This document shows positions 9,726-18,511 of a DNA stretch of 41,640 nt, piece by piece. Origin of the DNA: Candidatus Zixiibacteriota bacterium (lineage in GTDB: Bacteria; SM23-81; DAOVCL01); the NCBI GenBank assembly GCA_030670005.1, contig DAOVCL010000001.1:1-41640 (forward strand), given 5' to 3'. Both the position numbers and the translations under genes were made by a program. A model generated the notes under the pieces. That model saw only the letters and a program-made list of their open reading frames with translations. It searched no databases and was not told the origin of the DNA. Position 1 is the first letter of the stretch. Every line of letters starts with the position of its first letter.

Positions 9726-10344
9726 TTCTCACCCTCCTTCCCTCTACTTTTACCCTCCCCTCGGCAAAGAGCCCGATGGCTTCCGGGTAAAGCTTATGCT
9801 CAACCTCCAAGACCCTCTGGGAGAGGCTTTCGGCATCATCATTCTCCAATACGGGTATAGCCCTCTGCAGAACGATGGGGCCATGATCATACTTCTCATC
9901 AACTATATGCACGGTCACCCCGGTGAGCTTGACCCCATACTCAATCACTGCCTGGTGCACCCTTTGGCCGAACATCCCCTTTCCCCCAAAGGCGGGGAGA
10001 AGAGCAGGATGAATGTTCAGGATTCGATTCCTATAAGCACCAATCACTCTTGGACTGAGAAGCTTCATATATCCGGCCAAGCAAACCAACTCCACCTCCC
10101 TCTCCCCAAGAACCTTGAGGAGCTCTTGATCGAACTCCTCCGGGGCAATAAACTGTTTATGACTTAGATGGAGACCAAAGAGGCCCTCTTTCCTCGCCCT
10201 CCTCAGAGCCCCGGAGCCGCTGTTGTTGCTGATTACTGCCCTTATCTCGGCCTTAAGCCTCCCCTCCTCGATGGCATCGATTATGGCCTGAAGGTTTGTC
10301 CCCTCCCCTGAGGCCAGGACAGCTATCTTCAGAGGCTCACCCAT
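9697..10344 (-). CDS. purN: Phosphoribosylglycinamide formyltransferase
   Basis: IAVLASGEGTNLQAIID, NIHPALLPAFGG, GVTVHIVDEKYDHGPI. 215 aa. Confidence 0.92.
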   Translation of the reverse strand: MGEPLKIAVLASGEGTNLQAIIDAIEEGRLKAEIRAVISNNSGSGALRRARKEGLFGLHLSHKQFIAPEEFDQELLKVLGEREVELVCLAGYMKLLSPRVIGAYRNRILNIHPALLPAFGGKGMFGQRVHQAVIEYGVKLTGVTVHIVDEKYDHGPIVLQRAIPVLENDDAESLSQRVLEVEHKLYPEAIGLFAEGRVKVEGRRVRIGGSFPNRG

Positions 10345-10490
10345 TCCTCCCCTACTATACCAATTCTTCCCCTCAAAATCAAATCATTTTTCAGAAAAAA
10401 TGAGGGGCCAGCAAACCCTCGCTGACCCCCCATTTCTGCTCTTCCTATTCTGCTATCTCCCTACTACTTATACCTAAATTAAGCCTTGAA

Positions 10491-10525
10491 CACGAATTCC
10501 ACGAATGGACGAATAGCACAAATCC
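10491..10525. repeat. CACGAAT-type motif array, reverse orientation of the 121-217 array
   Basis: cacgaattccacgaatggacgaatagcacaaatcc: four tandem CAC/GACGAAT-like units upstream of purN. Confidence 0.5.
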
Positions 10526-10671
10526 TAATTTACAATTTCTATAACAATTCACGGGGACTCAGGGAACAGGGAAAATAGCAGAATTGAAGAGGTATTTTTC
10601 CTGTGCCGTCAGGGCTCCTAACCCAACAATTCTCATTATGGGAAAGGTTTCCTGACCTTGATTCATTACTT

Positions 10672-10733
10672 GTAGGGGTCGGATTCATCCGACCCGCTCT
10701 CATCTTTGCGGATTCGATAAATCGAACCCCTAC
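10672..10733. repeat. REP-like compound palindrome (GTAGGGGT ... ACCCCTAC)
   Basis: Outer arms GTAGGGGT (10672-10679) and ACCCCTAC (10726-10733). Inner perfect 8-bp hairpin GGGTCGGA-TTCA-TCCGACCC (10676-10695). Second small hairpin TTCGA-TAAA-TCGAA. Confidence 0.6.
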
Positions 10734-10864
10734 GAGCGCAATCCCCTTCAGTTCTTCCACTTGTAACCTGTGGCTTGTCACTTGTGACTCCCTCACCACA
10801 GGAGAACCATCTTCTTGATCTGGCTGAACCCCCTAACCTTCAAAGGTCAGATCTGTAAGGAAGC

Positions 10865-10890
10865 GGACAGACCTGAAGGTTTGTCCCTAC
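10865..10890. repeat. 26-nt hairpin repeat GGACAGACCTGAAGNTNTGTCCCTAC, copy 1
   Basis: 24/26 identical to 40994-41019. The stem GGACAGA/TTTGTCC contains one G-T pair. It overlaps the stop codon (10887-10889) of the GH16-like gene. Confidence 0.75.
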
Positions 10891-12266
10891 TTGAGCAAGA
10901 TCATCTTTCTCGTCTGCACAAAATTACCAGCCTGAAGCCTATAAAAATAGATTCCGCTGGAGAATAAATTTGTATCCCATTTAACAGTCCTATGTCCAGC
11001 CTTCTGCTCGCCGTCTACCAGGGTAGCTACCTTTTGCCCCAGGACATTAAAAATATCGAACTTAACCCAACAATCCTTGGGTAGGGAGTATTTGATCGTG
11101 GTTATTGGATTGAAGGGATTGGGGTAATTGGGATAAAGAATAAAATCTTGTGGAGTGGTAGCAATCGGATGTGAAAGGACAATGGTAGTATCAAAGATGA
11201 ACTCAAATCCTTTAATGATTATCTCTTGACTCCCAGATGGAGCTTGACCATTGAAGAGCCAAAAGTTAATTCTTGGGTTTTCATCGCCTGGTGGAGGGTT
11301 ATCGCTACCAGTATAATACCAGGATTCAATTATATATTCATCGCATGGTGGAGTAGAGAAGTGACCATAAAGACTTTGAAATTCTATGCTGTCTTCGTCC
11401 CAAGTAAACATGTGAGTTGAACAAGTATCTGATTCTATTTTGAATCGATGTCTATTTCCCTCAACATACCAAGGATGAATTACATATTGAGCGGTGCTGT
11501 CTTCATCAGCTATTCCCCATCGTGAAAATTCAATATCTATCTCGCGATAATTGTTTTCAGGGGCACACTCATCCCAGGTGAATAGTCCAACAACAGTATT
11601 TTGATCAAGTGAATCTACTCTGCTTTGCACATAGAAAACATATTTTCTATATCCGAATGAAGTATCCGCTATGACTTCGGTGCAATACCACTTTCCACTT
11701 CTATAAGTGATTTTCATATGCAATTGGCCATCCTCGTCTACCCAGACATCGCTTGTATCATCTGAAAAGTAATTCGGGCCTGGACCAATTTTTGCCTCAC
11801 ACTGTTTAACTATCCAATTGTATCCTGAAAAGTTGATGATCCTGTTTCCTGGATGCCTACATTCTATCACATGTGGATAGACAAAAAGTTCATCAAGAAG
11901 AGTCTGTTCACCACTTCTCCTTGGGGCCCCTACTCCGTTTGGTAGTAGAAAAGCAGCAAACCTTTTTGCATACTTATCATTGCCTCCAGTTGTGACATCA
12001 CAACACCAAGTACTATCATCTTCAATGATTGTTAATGGGTTTGCCCAGGTAGGTTTTGTCCACCATCCTCCTTCAACACAAATATACACAGCTACCTTGT
12101 GTTCAGATGGAGTGACACTCCATACTCGTCCACAGAGGTCATCAAGACTATTCCATCGAGGGATATAAGTGAATTCAATTCCTTCATTGTCTTGGGCCAA
12201 GACTGTCTTGGCCGGAAGCAAAAGTGACAACCCCCCAATCAGTAAAGCAATTGACAAACTTCTCAT
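10887..12266 (-). CDS. Secreted GH16-like (beta-jelly-roll) protein with T9SS C-terminal sorting domain
   Basis: ATG at 12266 with AGGAGA upstream. Signal peptide MRSLSIALLIGGLSLLLPAKTVLAQ. NYREIDIEFSRWG resembles the GH16 E-x-D-x-E strand. C-terminus is YPNYPNPFNPITTIKYSLP...GIYFYRLQAGNFVQTRKMILLK. Confidence 0.65.
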   Translation of the reverse strand: MRSLSIALLIGGLSLLLPAKTVLAQDNEGIEFTYIPRWNSLDDLCGRVWSVTPSEHKVAVYICVEGGWWTKPTWANPLTIIEDDSTWCCDVTTGGNDKYAKRFAAFLLPNGVGAPRRSGEQTLLDELFVYPHVIECRHPGNRIINFSGYNWIVKQCEAKIGPGPNYFSDDTSDVWVDEDGQLHMKITYRSGKWYCTEVIADTSFGYRKYVFYVQSRVDSLDQNTVVGLFTWDECAPENNYREIDIEFSRWGIADEDSTAQYVIHPWYVEGNRHRFKIESDTCSTHMFTWDEDSIEFQSLYGHFSTPPCDEYIIESWYYTGSDNPPPGDENPRINFWLFNGQAPSGSQEIIIKGFEFIFDTTIVLSHPIATTPQDFILYPNYPNPFNPITTIKYSLPKDCWVKFDIFNVLGQKVATLVDGEQKAGHRTVKWDTNLFSSGIYFYRLQAGNFVQTRKMILLK

Positions 12267-12617
12267 GATATAAACTCTCCTGTCTTTGATTTTTTGAGAC
12301 TCAAACTTGACGATTGATTGTCTGTACAATCGCCTTGCACTCTTATTTTGATTTTTCTATTTTATATATCACCTCCTTTCCTTAGAATTATGAATTATCT
12401 CTCTACCACCTCCTTTCTGTAGCTTTTCCTTTAAAGCTGCGGGCTGAGTTCATCTCTATTTGAAGAACTGTCTGTTCGTTGTAAAGAACAATAATCACCA
12501 ATATTATATTCGCAAATGTTTATCTATTTGTCAAGCCCTAAAACGTAAATTCAACCGAGGTGATTAATTAAACCCCAGGCCAAGGAAAGGATGGTAGAAT
12601 AAACTAAGATCAACAGC

Positions 12618-14153
12618 TTACCAGAAGAGATGGTTGAGGAAATAATTTCTGACTTCCTCAACTATGGCGCACCAGGATGGAAACTTCCGCCCTTTCTCGA
12701 TGATGAGGAAGGGTTTTTTAGCTTGAATTAGCAAAATTCTGTCCCTGAGCTGGTAGTTCAAACCTACCTTGGAGAGGATTTCTCGTTTTTTCTCCAAATT
12801 TCCCTTTATAAACTGAAATTTGGCTTGGTTAGCCAGCAAAAAGGTCCTCTTAGAGAGTTCAAACCAAGATTTGCCTCTCTGCTCAAAACCCTGGATTTTC
12901 GCCTTGAGGTCAACCTCCTCTTCTTGAAATTTCCTCTTCTGGGTAAGATATTCGTTGTCGGTCAGGAGGTCTCTTAGCCTGAGCCCGATGAGGTTGTCTA
13001 ATTGATTCTGGCAGTGGGTAAGCCTCTTCTTCAGGTTTAGATGGGCCTTAGATTGAATCTGGGTTTCTTCATCCCTGAGCTTCTCTAATCTTTTTAGGGC
13101 CCAGTCCCTGAACCTGTTAGAGATGGTGATCCTCTCCAGCCAGGCCATTATCTGTGACTCCAATTCTGGTAGGCTTATGGGCTTTTGCCCACAGGATATG
13201 TTTCTTTTTCTTCGGGTGCAGCGATAATAGACATACCTGCGCCCTGAGGGTTTCCAATGTTCCTCGGCGGTGATTGCCGCCCCACACTCACCACACCTGA
13301 TCAGCCCGGTGAAGGCGAATTGATGGGTCTTGGGTCTGGGCCTGTCTGGTGAGCCAAGGATTCGTTGCACTTTATCAAATTCTTCTTTGGTGATCATCGG
13401 TTGATGAGCTCCCTGGAAGAGTTCGCCCTGGCGTTGGATCACGCCATAGTAGAAGGGGTTGTGCAATATCTGATAAAGAGTGCTGGGGCCTATGGGCTTG
13501 TTTCCCAAACGACGGGTCTGTCGGGTACGCAGTCCCCACTGCCCGTTGGCTATCTTCAGAACCTGGGAGGGTGAATAGACCCCAGAGGCCACCAGCTTCC
13601 AGAGTTTACGCACCAGAGGGAATCGGTCCGGGTCCTTGGTGATGGTCCCAGTGGTCCTATCGTTGAGATAACCCAGAGGTGCAAGGCCAGGCAGCCAGCC
13701 CTGTCCCAGCTTGGCTCGGAGGCCCCTCTTCACATTGTCTGAGAGGTCGTCCACATACTTCTTGGCCATGCCGAACTCCAACTGCATCCAGAACTTGTCA
13801 TTGCCGGTGTTTCTAAAGCTTCGTTGGGGGGTGGCTATCTCCTGAATCTTGCCTTCTTCCACAGCCCAGATGAGGGTGCCACCATCTACCGGGTTCCTGG
13901 CCAGCCGATCCAGCTTCCAACAGAGGATGCCATTGACCTTGCCCTTGTATAGCTTGTCCATCAGGGAGTTAAAGCCTGGTCGGCCAGGAGCCTTGGCTGA
14001 TTTCGACTCGGAGATGATCTCGGCTATTTGCAGGTTGGATCTCCTGGCCCAATCCTTGAGCTCCTTGATCTGGGAGTCTATAGAAAGCACCTGTCTATCC
14101 TCGGATTCTGTGGATTTACGCACATAGATTATATACCTGGTTGTTTGATTCAT
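12618..14153 (-). CDS. Large serine recombinase (resolvase/invertase catalytic domain + recombinase domain + zinc ribbon + coiled coil)
   Basis: YIIYVRKSTESEDRQVLSIDSQ carries the catalytic Ser region. Also DRLARN, a recombinase domain (GYxxD...), Zn ribbon CGECGA...YYRCTRR, and a long C-terminal helical region. 511 aa. Confidence 0.9.
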   Translation of the reverse strand: MNQTTRYIIYVRKSTESEDRQVLSIDSQIKELKDWARRSNLQIAEIISESKSAKAPGRPGFNSLMDKLYKGKVNGILCWKLDRLARNPVDGGTLIWAVEEGKIQEIATPQRSFRNTGNDKFWMQLEFGMAKKYVDDLSDNVKRGLRAKLGQGWLPGLAPLGYLNDRTTGTITKDPDRFPLVRKLWKLVASGVYSPSQVLKIANGQWGLRTRQTRRLGNKPIGPSTLYQILHNPFYYGVIQRQGELFQGAHQPMITKEEFDKVQRILGSPDRPRPKTHQFAFTGLIRCGECGAAITAEEHWKPSGRRYVYYRCTRRKRNISCGQKPISLPELESQIMAWLERITISNRFRDWALKRLEKLRDEETQIQSKAHLNLKKRLTHCQNQLDNLIGLRLRDLLTDNEYLTQKRKFQEEEVDLKAKIQGFEQRGKSWFELSKRTFLLANQAKFQFIKGNLEKKREILSKVGLNYQLRDRILLIQAKKPFLIIEKGRKFPSWCAIVEEVRNYFLNHLFW

Positions 14154-14202
14154 AGGCTTGAGAGGTAAAGATAAGATATTGGGTAATCTTAGCTTAAGAA
14201 AA

Positions 14203-14228
14203 GGGGACTGTCAACCACGACAGCCCCC
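14203..14228 (-). terminator. Hairpin plus T-tract after the small ORF
   Basis: Minus strand reads GGGGGCTGTC-GTGGTT-GACAGTCCCC followed by TTTTCTT. Confidence 0.45.
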
Positions 14229-14419
14229 TAAGATTTGGTGGACAAATGCTTGGGTCTTTGTTCAGGCATCTCTGAGTGATCTGGTGGGATGCAGAGAATA
14301 TAGAACAACCTGAGGAGACGGGCGCCCATCTCCCAGGCCTCTTCGTCGGAGATTGGCTTCCCGAACTCCTCGCAGTAGATCTGCTTTAATTCATCGATGT
14401 CGGATTGATTTAGTGGCAT
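14228..14419 (-). CDS. Small hypothetical protein (63 aa) immediately upstream of the serine recombinase
   Basis: ATG at 14419 gives MPLNQSDIDELKQIYCEEFGKPISDEEAWEMGARLLRLF... The longer ORF-track start at 14533 would run through the upstream gene's terminator. No recognisable domain. Confidence 0.35.
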   Translation of the reverse strand: MPLNQSDIDELKQIYCEEFGKPISDEEAWEMGARLLRLFYILCIPPDHSEMPEQRPKHLSTKS

Positions 14420-14530
14420 ACTTCCAAGGTAGGATAGATTCAAAGCGGTGAATAGAAGGGGGAAATTGACTTTAGAAGCAACTTGGGCAGACGATCTTTG
14501 AAATGGCATCTGAACCCAAATAAAAAGAAC

Positions 14531-14556
14531 CACCCCCTGAGATGTCTCAAGGGGTG
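14531..14556 (-). terminator. Intrinsic terminator of the 1269-aa T9SS gene
   Basis: Minus strand reads CACCCCTTGAG-ACAT-CTCAGGGGGTG followed by GTTCTTTTTATTT, about 35 nt after the stop at 14589. Confidence 0.6.
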
Positions 14557-14588
14557 ATTCTTTATTATTGCGCTTTTTTCGGATGGAG

Positions 14589-17500
14589 CTACTTAAGGAG
14601 GATCATCTTCTTGGTCTGAGTGAAGTTTCCTGCCTGCAATCGGTAGAAATAGATGCCAGAGACCAACGGACTCGCATCCCACTTGGCAACCTTATAACCA
14701 GCCACCTGCTTCCCGTTAACTAGAGTCACAACTCTTTGACCTAGGATGTTGTAGATCTCCAGATTCACCCAGCAATCTTCTGGCAATGCATACTTGATCT
14801 CGGTAATGGGGTTGAAGGGATTGGGATAGTTCTGGAAAAGTGAGAATTTATCCGGTAACCCTGCCGTTCCCTGTTGATTGATCTGCTTGGGTGGTGGTGG
14901 TGAAGGTAGGTCACCCAACTCCAACTGAGCAATAGGGGTGAGAATGTCCTCAGGATAGGTTTGGACGAACTTCCTAAACATCTCTTTGGCTCCAGCATCA
15001 TCCTTCAGACCATAGCGCAGAATCACCCCCATCTGGAAGAGAAGGCTTTTCTCCATCTCCTCATCTTGGAAATTCCCCCTCAGATATATGCACCTACCCA
15101 AAGCCTTCTGGTACTCCCCAGCCCTCTGTAGGTATGGCACACTCTGTTCTAAGGCATACCTTCTTAAATCAGTGTCGGGATATTCCCTGGCTACATTCTC
15201 TAAATAGGGAACTATCTGGGGTTCCTTCCCCCAATCCCTCCAACAGAGGATGATAAAGTGGAGAGCATATTGGGCATGCTGAGATTCAGGATAATGGGAG
15301 ATCACATATTCAAAGGCTTGAATCGCCTCCTCATATAGCCTCTGTGACCTATACCATCCCCCCAGCCTGTTGTAATAGTCCGCAGGATTACTGCTTGAGT
15401 CAGGAGGGGAGCCGCCACCACCTTCCCCTGCCAGCAATTTTCCCCCACCAGGAGGCTCCTCCAACCAGGGCCACCATATCACTTCCCTATAGAATTTACT
15501 GGGGTCAGGGCCTTCTGGATCATTCCACCAGTTATACATGGCATAGACAGGTCTAAGTAACCTATTCGCATTAGCAATTTCATAAATACTGTTATCATAG
15601 ATTGAATTGTTGCCAGGGAAATTGTAATTTCCGAGATTGGGATAGGAGCTGTTTTTGCACTCTACACCCTTCCAATTGCCGATGATATGGTTATAGCCAG
15701 GTAGAGGATACTTAGGAGGAACCGGATAGGCATAGAGGATAGGGGAGCTATTATGGGAACAAAGCAAGCCTTCAACGCTATTGCTATCCATCTGGCAGTA
15801 CCCAAAGTTAGGTGAGGATTGGCCCCAGCAAACAACACCATGGCCATTGTTCTTAAAAAGGGACTGGCTAATGAAGGGGCTTGAAGCATAGAGGAGCAAT
15901 CCAGGAGAGCTACTGCTATCAAACACATTACAGTCAATCTGAGGCTTACTTCCCCAGGGACTGTAAGAGTTCATGCAGTATATTCCGGTCATATTATTCC
16001 TAAATTCATTGTCGTGGATAATAGACCCTGTGGCGTTGACCTTAACCCCATAAGAACAGGATTGAATCAGGTTGTGATCAATATCTGGTGAGGAGTGATC
16101 GCAATAGATGCCGGTGTTAGCATAGAGAATCCTGGCATATCGGATCCTCGAATGATCGCTGGCTTGGCCGGGGAATTCTATCCCATACCAATCGTTCATC
16201 TGGGGATTGGATGCTGATGAGGTGAAGGTTATGGAGTCTGAAGCAGTTCCTTCAGCAGCCAGAAGACCTTCTACGGTCAATTTAGTGCCTGAGGCAAATT
16301 TGAGCGTAGTTCCTGGCTGGATGGTCAGGGCGCCCGAAGAGGCTATGGTAATGTCGCAGTGGATCGTATCTGTGCCTGACCATGTGTGATGAGTGGTCAA
16401 ATATGCCCCTTGTCTTAACCTGAACAGCTTCCCCTGCCCCGGGCCTAAGGTGGTGGTGAAGTTTACCGTCCCGCTCTGGTTGAAAAGGACCGTCTCATCT
16501 CCGGAATACATCTCCTTGATGGTATAGCACTCTCCCTGAGAAAGCTGAAGGGTCGCCGTCACCGTCTGTGTCTCAGTGGAGAGGCAGCGGCGGTTGACCA
16601 ACATAAAGTAGTCATAGAGGTCATCGTGAAAGAGGCCTACCTCCACATAGACCGAAGTGTCAGGAAACTGCTCACTAGTTATGGATGTAATGTAGCTTCC
16701 CGAAAGGGTGCTCACCTCATCCCAGGGACCGGCATCTACCCAGGTAAGCCCTTGAATAACCGGATTCAAGGAATCCAAGATAGCATTCATATCCCGCACC
16801 ACATACCACTTGTAATTTGGCACAAAATGGCCGATCGTAGGATCAGAGGTAGGATTGCCTTCAGCATCTACTAAATCTACCAAACCGCCGAATCTTCCCC
16901 CCGCATTGCCAATGTACTTACGGTAATCTATTGTAGGATAGACAACATACACAATGCCCTTTGTCCCATAACACAAGGAAAGATAGATTTCAGCCTTGAG
17001 TTCATTTGGCGTGGGGTTTCTATATTGCTTTACCCCATAGTACCAATACTCAAAGGTCTGAATGAACATCCAGAAGGGTATGTCATCATTAGGATTGTCT
17101 GGATCGCCATTGGCGGCCAGGATGGCTGGCCTCATTCCCCAAATCAGCTTATCCCAGGATTTCTGAATGCTGTGGATCCCCACAGAGGCAGAATCGGTAT
17201 TGGGATAGATAGTGTACCTATCAAAGAGAAGCTCATCTGGCTCAAGCGTCTGGATGAAATAGTTGAAGTCATCGACGAAATAAAAGGCACCATTGAGGGG
17301 CACAGTTCCAGCCTCCCTGGCCAGGCTGTCAACATACGTGTAGCTTCTAAGCATAGTAGGCCGAGGTTCATCCTTATACCAGTGGAAGTTGAGGGCCGGA
17401 TTTATGTTGTGAATGGCAAGCAGGGAATCCTTGATCGTCTGGTCATAATAGCCTCCGCCGTTGTATTCAAATGCGTAATAGTAATAGACATCCCGGATGA

Positions 17501-18398
17501 ATACATTGTCAATATACAGGTCCCTCTCATCCAGCCACTCAAGGATCAGATGGGTCTCGTAGCGTCTATCTTCAAGGATAACCCAATCAGGTAAAGTCAA
17601 ATCTTCGTATGAGCCAGGGGACTGAAAATCATCTGCATAAATGGATTTAGTAACCACCTCTGTTTTAGCTACTCCGGTATCGGGTTCAAGGTAGAATAGT
17701 TGGGAATGTGGGCTATCCTCATCCGATTTACCAACCCACTCGCACCACATTTTGACCGTTGCCACCTCAGTATGCTGGGTGTTATCTCCCACCATCTTCA
17801 TCCTGAAGGTTACATAATAGGGCCTACGCCTGCCCTGATCATATCTGAGAAAAGTCCCATCCAACAGAGGGCCAGCAGTGTCCTGGGCGACCAGGGCTCG
17901 GTAGACATAATGTCCGGGCTGGGGATCCGGGTCCCAATATTGGCCTCCGGTCGCAGGAGGATAGTCAAAGCGACTACCTTCTTCTATACCTACATCATAC
18001 GTAGCCTCCTGCCCATCGGCGAAAAGCCAAACCGTTGCGGTATCTGGAGCGGGGGAATATGGGTCAGTCCAGGGGAAGTTATCATCGATTACCGGGGATA
18101 AGTTCTGATTGAATATCTTGACGCCAAATGAGTTGTTCAGGCTTATCTCATCTCCATAGGTGACATCCAGATTAATCCCACAGCTATCAATCTGCCCCCA
18201 GTAATTCTCAAAGTTTACATCACCAGGGTCTTCCCATTGGTACATATTCACGATTACATCTTGAAGCCAATAGGGGTCGGTAAAGATGACCTTGGGGAAC
18301 CCCTCCAAGGTTTGCCCCCAAACCCCTGAGGCCCAAAAACAAACCAGCCCCAATAGGACAAAGGACAGGCCTAACTTTTTGAAATTTAACCGTCCCAT
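14589..18398 (-). CDS. Large secreted protein with parallel beta-helix and TPR-like regions and a T9SS C-terminal sorting domain
   Basis: AAGGAGA lies 8 nt upstream of the ATG at 18398. Signal peptide ...LSFVLLGLVCFWASGVWG. Beta-helix-like repeats NTGIYCDHSSPDIDHNLIQSCSYGVKVN...TGIYCMNS. TPR-like YYNRLGGWYRSQRLYEEAIQAFEYVISHYPES. C-terminus FQNYPNPFNPITEIKYALP...GIYFYRLQAGNFTQTKKMILLK. Confidence 0.75.
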   Translation of the reverse strand: MGRLNFKKLGLSFVLLGLVCFWASGVWGQTLEGFPKVIFTDPYWLQDVIVNMYQWEDPGDVNFENYWGQIDSCGINLDVTYGDEISLNNSFGVKIFNQNLSPVIDDNFPWTDPYSPAPDTATVWLFADGQEATYDVGIEEGSRFDYPPATGGQYWDPDPQPGHYVYRALVAQDTAGPLLDGTFLRYDQGRRRPYYVTFRMKMVGDNTQHTEVATVKMWCEWVGKSDEDSPHSQLFYLEPDTGVAKTEVVTKSIYADDFQSPGSYEDLTLPDWVILEDRRYETHLILEWLDERDLYIDNVFIRDVYYYYAFEYNGGGYYDQTIKDSLLAIHNINPALNFHWYKDEPRPTMLRSYTYVDSLAREAGTVPLNGAFYFVDDFNYFIQTLEPDELLFDRYTIYPNTDSASVGIHSIQKSWDKLIWGMRPAILAANGDPDNPNDDIPFWMFIQTFEYWYYGVKQYRNPTPNELKAEIYLSLCYGTKGIVYVVYPTIDYRKYIGNAGGRFGGLVDLVDAEGNPTSDPTIGHFVPNYKWYVVRDMNAILDSLNPVIQGLTWVDAGPWDEVSTLSGSYITSITSEQFPDTSVYVEVGLFHDDLYDYFMLVNRRCLSTETQTVTATLQLSQGECYTIKEMYSGDETVLFNQSGTVNFTTTLGPGQGKLFRLRQGAYLTTHHTWSGTDTIHCDITIASSGALTIQPGTTLKFASGTKLTVEGLLAAEGTASDSITFTSSASNPQMNDWYGIEFPGQASDHSRIRYARILYANTGIYCDHSSPDIDHNLIQSCSYGVKVNATGSIIHDNEFRNNMTGIYCMNSYSPWGSKPQIDCNVFDSSSSPGLLLYASSPFISQSLFKNNGHGVVCWGQSSPNFGYCQMDSNSVEGLLCSHNSSPILYAYPVPPKYPLPGYNHIIGNWKGVECKNSSYPNLGNYNFPGNNSIYDNSIYEIANANRLLRPVYAMYNWWNDPEGPDPSKFYREVIWWPWLEEPPGGGKLLAGEGGGGSPPDSSSNPADYYNRLGGWYRSQRLYEEAIQAFEYVISHYPESQHAQYALHFIILCWRDWGKEPQIVPYLENVAREYPDTDLRRYALEQSVPYLQRAGEYQKALGRCIYLRGNFQDEEMEKSLLFQMGVILRYGLKDDAGAKEMFRKFVQTYPEDILTPIAQLELGDLPSPPPPKQINQQGTAGLPDKFSLFQNYPNPFNPITEIKYALPEDCWVNLEIYNILGQRVVTLVNGKQVAGYKVAKWDASPLVSGIYFYRLQAGNFTQTKKMILLK

Positions 18399-18420
18399 TT
18401 TCACTTTCTCCTTTCTTTTA

Positions 18421-18480
18421 GCATTCAGCATTCAGCCGTCAGCTATCGGCTCTCGGTATTCGGTTTTCGGGATTCGCTTT
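18421..18480. repeat. Degenerate ATTCAGC / ATCGGC / ATTCGG short-motif array
   Basis: gcattcagcattcagccgtcagctatcggctctcggtattcggttttcgggattcgc, located between two T9SS genes. Confidence 0.5.
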
Positions 18481-18511
18481 GCCGATCTACGGGCCGCGAG
18501 CTACGGCTTTT

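Noticed and set aside
10539-10818. Two overlapping 71-86-aa ORFs on opposite strands in the purN upstream spacer.
   Set aside because: They are translations of the REP-like palindromes and short-motif arrays (for example ...RMNPTPT..., ...VTCDS...). They have no SD or start context and overlap each other.
12403-12411. CTACCACCT, with a partially similar ATCTC flank, is shared between 12403-12411 and 28196-28204. Considered as direct repeats flanking a 15.8-kb element.
   Set aside because: A 9-mer match between two spacers of these sizes is expected about once by chance. In addition, serine-recombinase integration does not generate long direct repeats. Not reported as att sites.
10887-14830. 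Similar T9SS sorting-domain coding segments (10887-11130 and 14589-14830) flank the recombinase cassette in direct orientation. Considered as recombination substrates or a duplication footprint.
   Set aside because: Nucleotide identity between the two is only moderate by eye (roughly 60-65%), consistent with ordinary paralogy of sorting domains rather than a recent target duplication.
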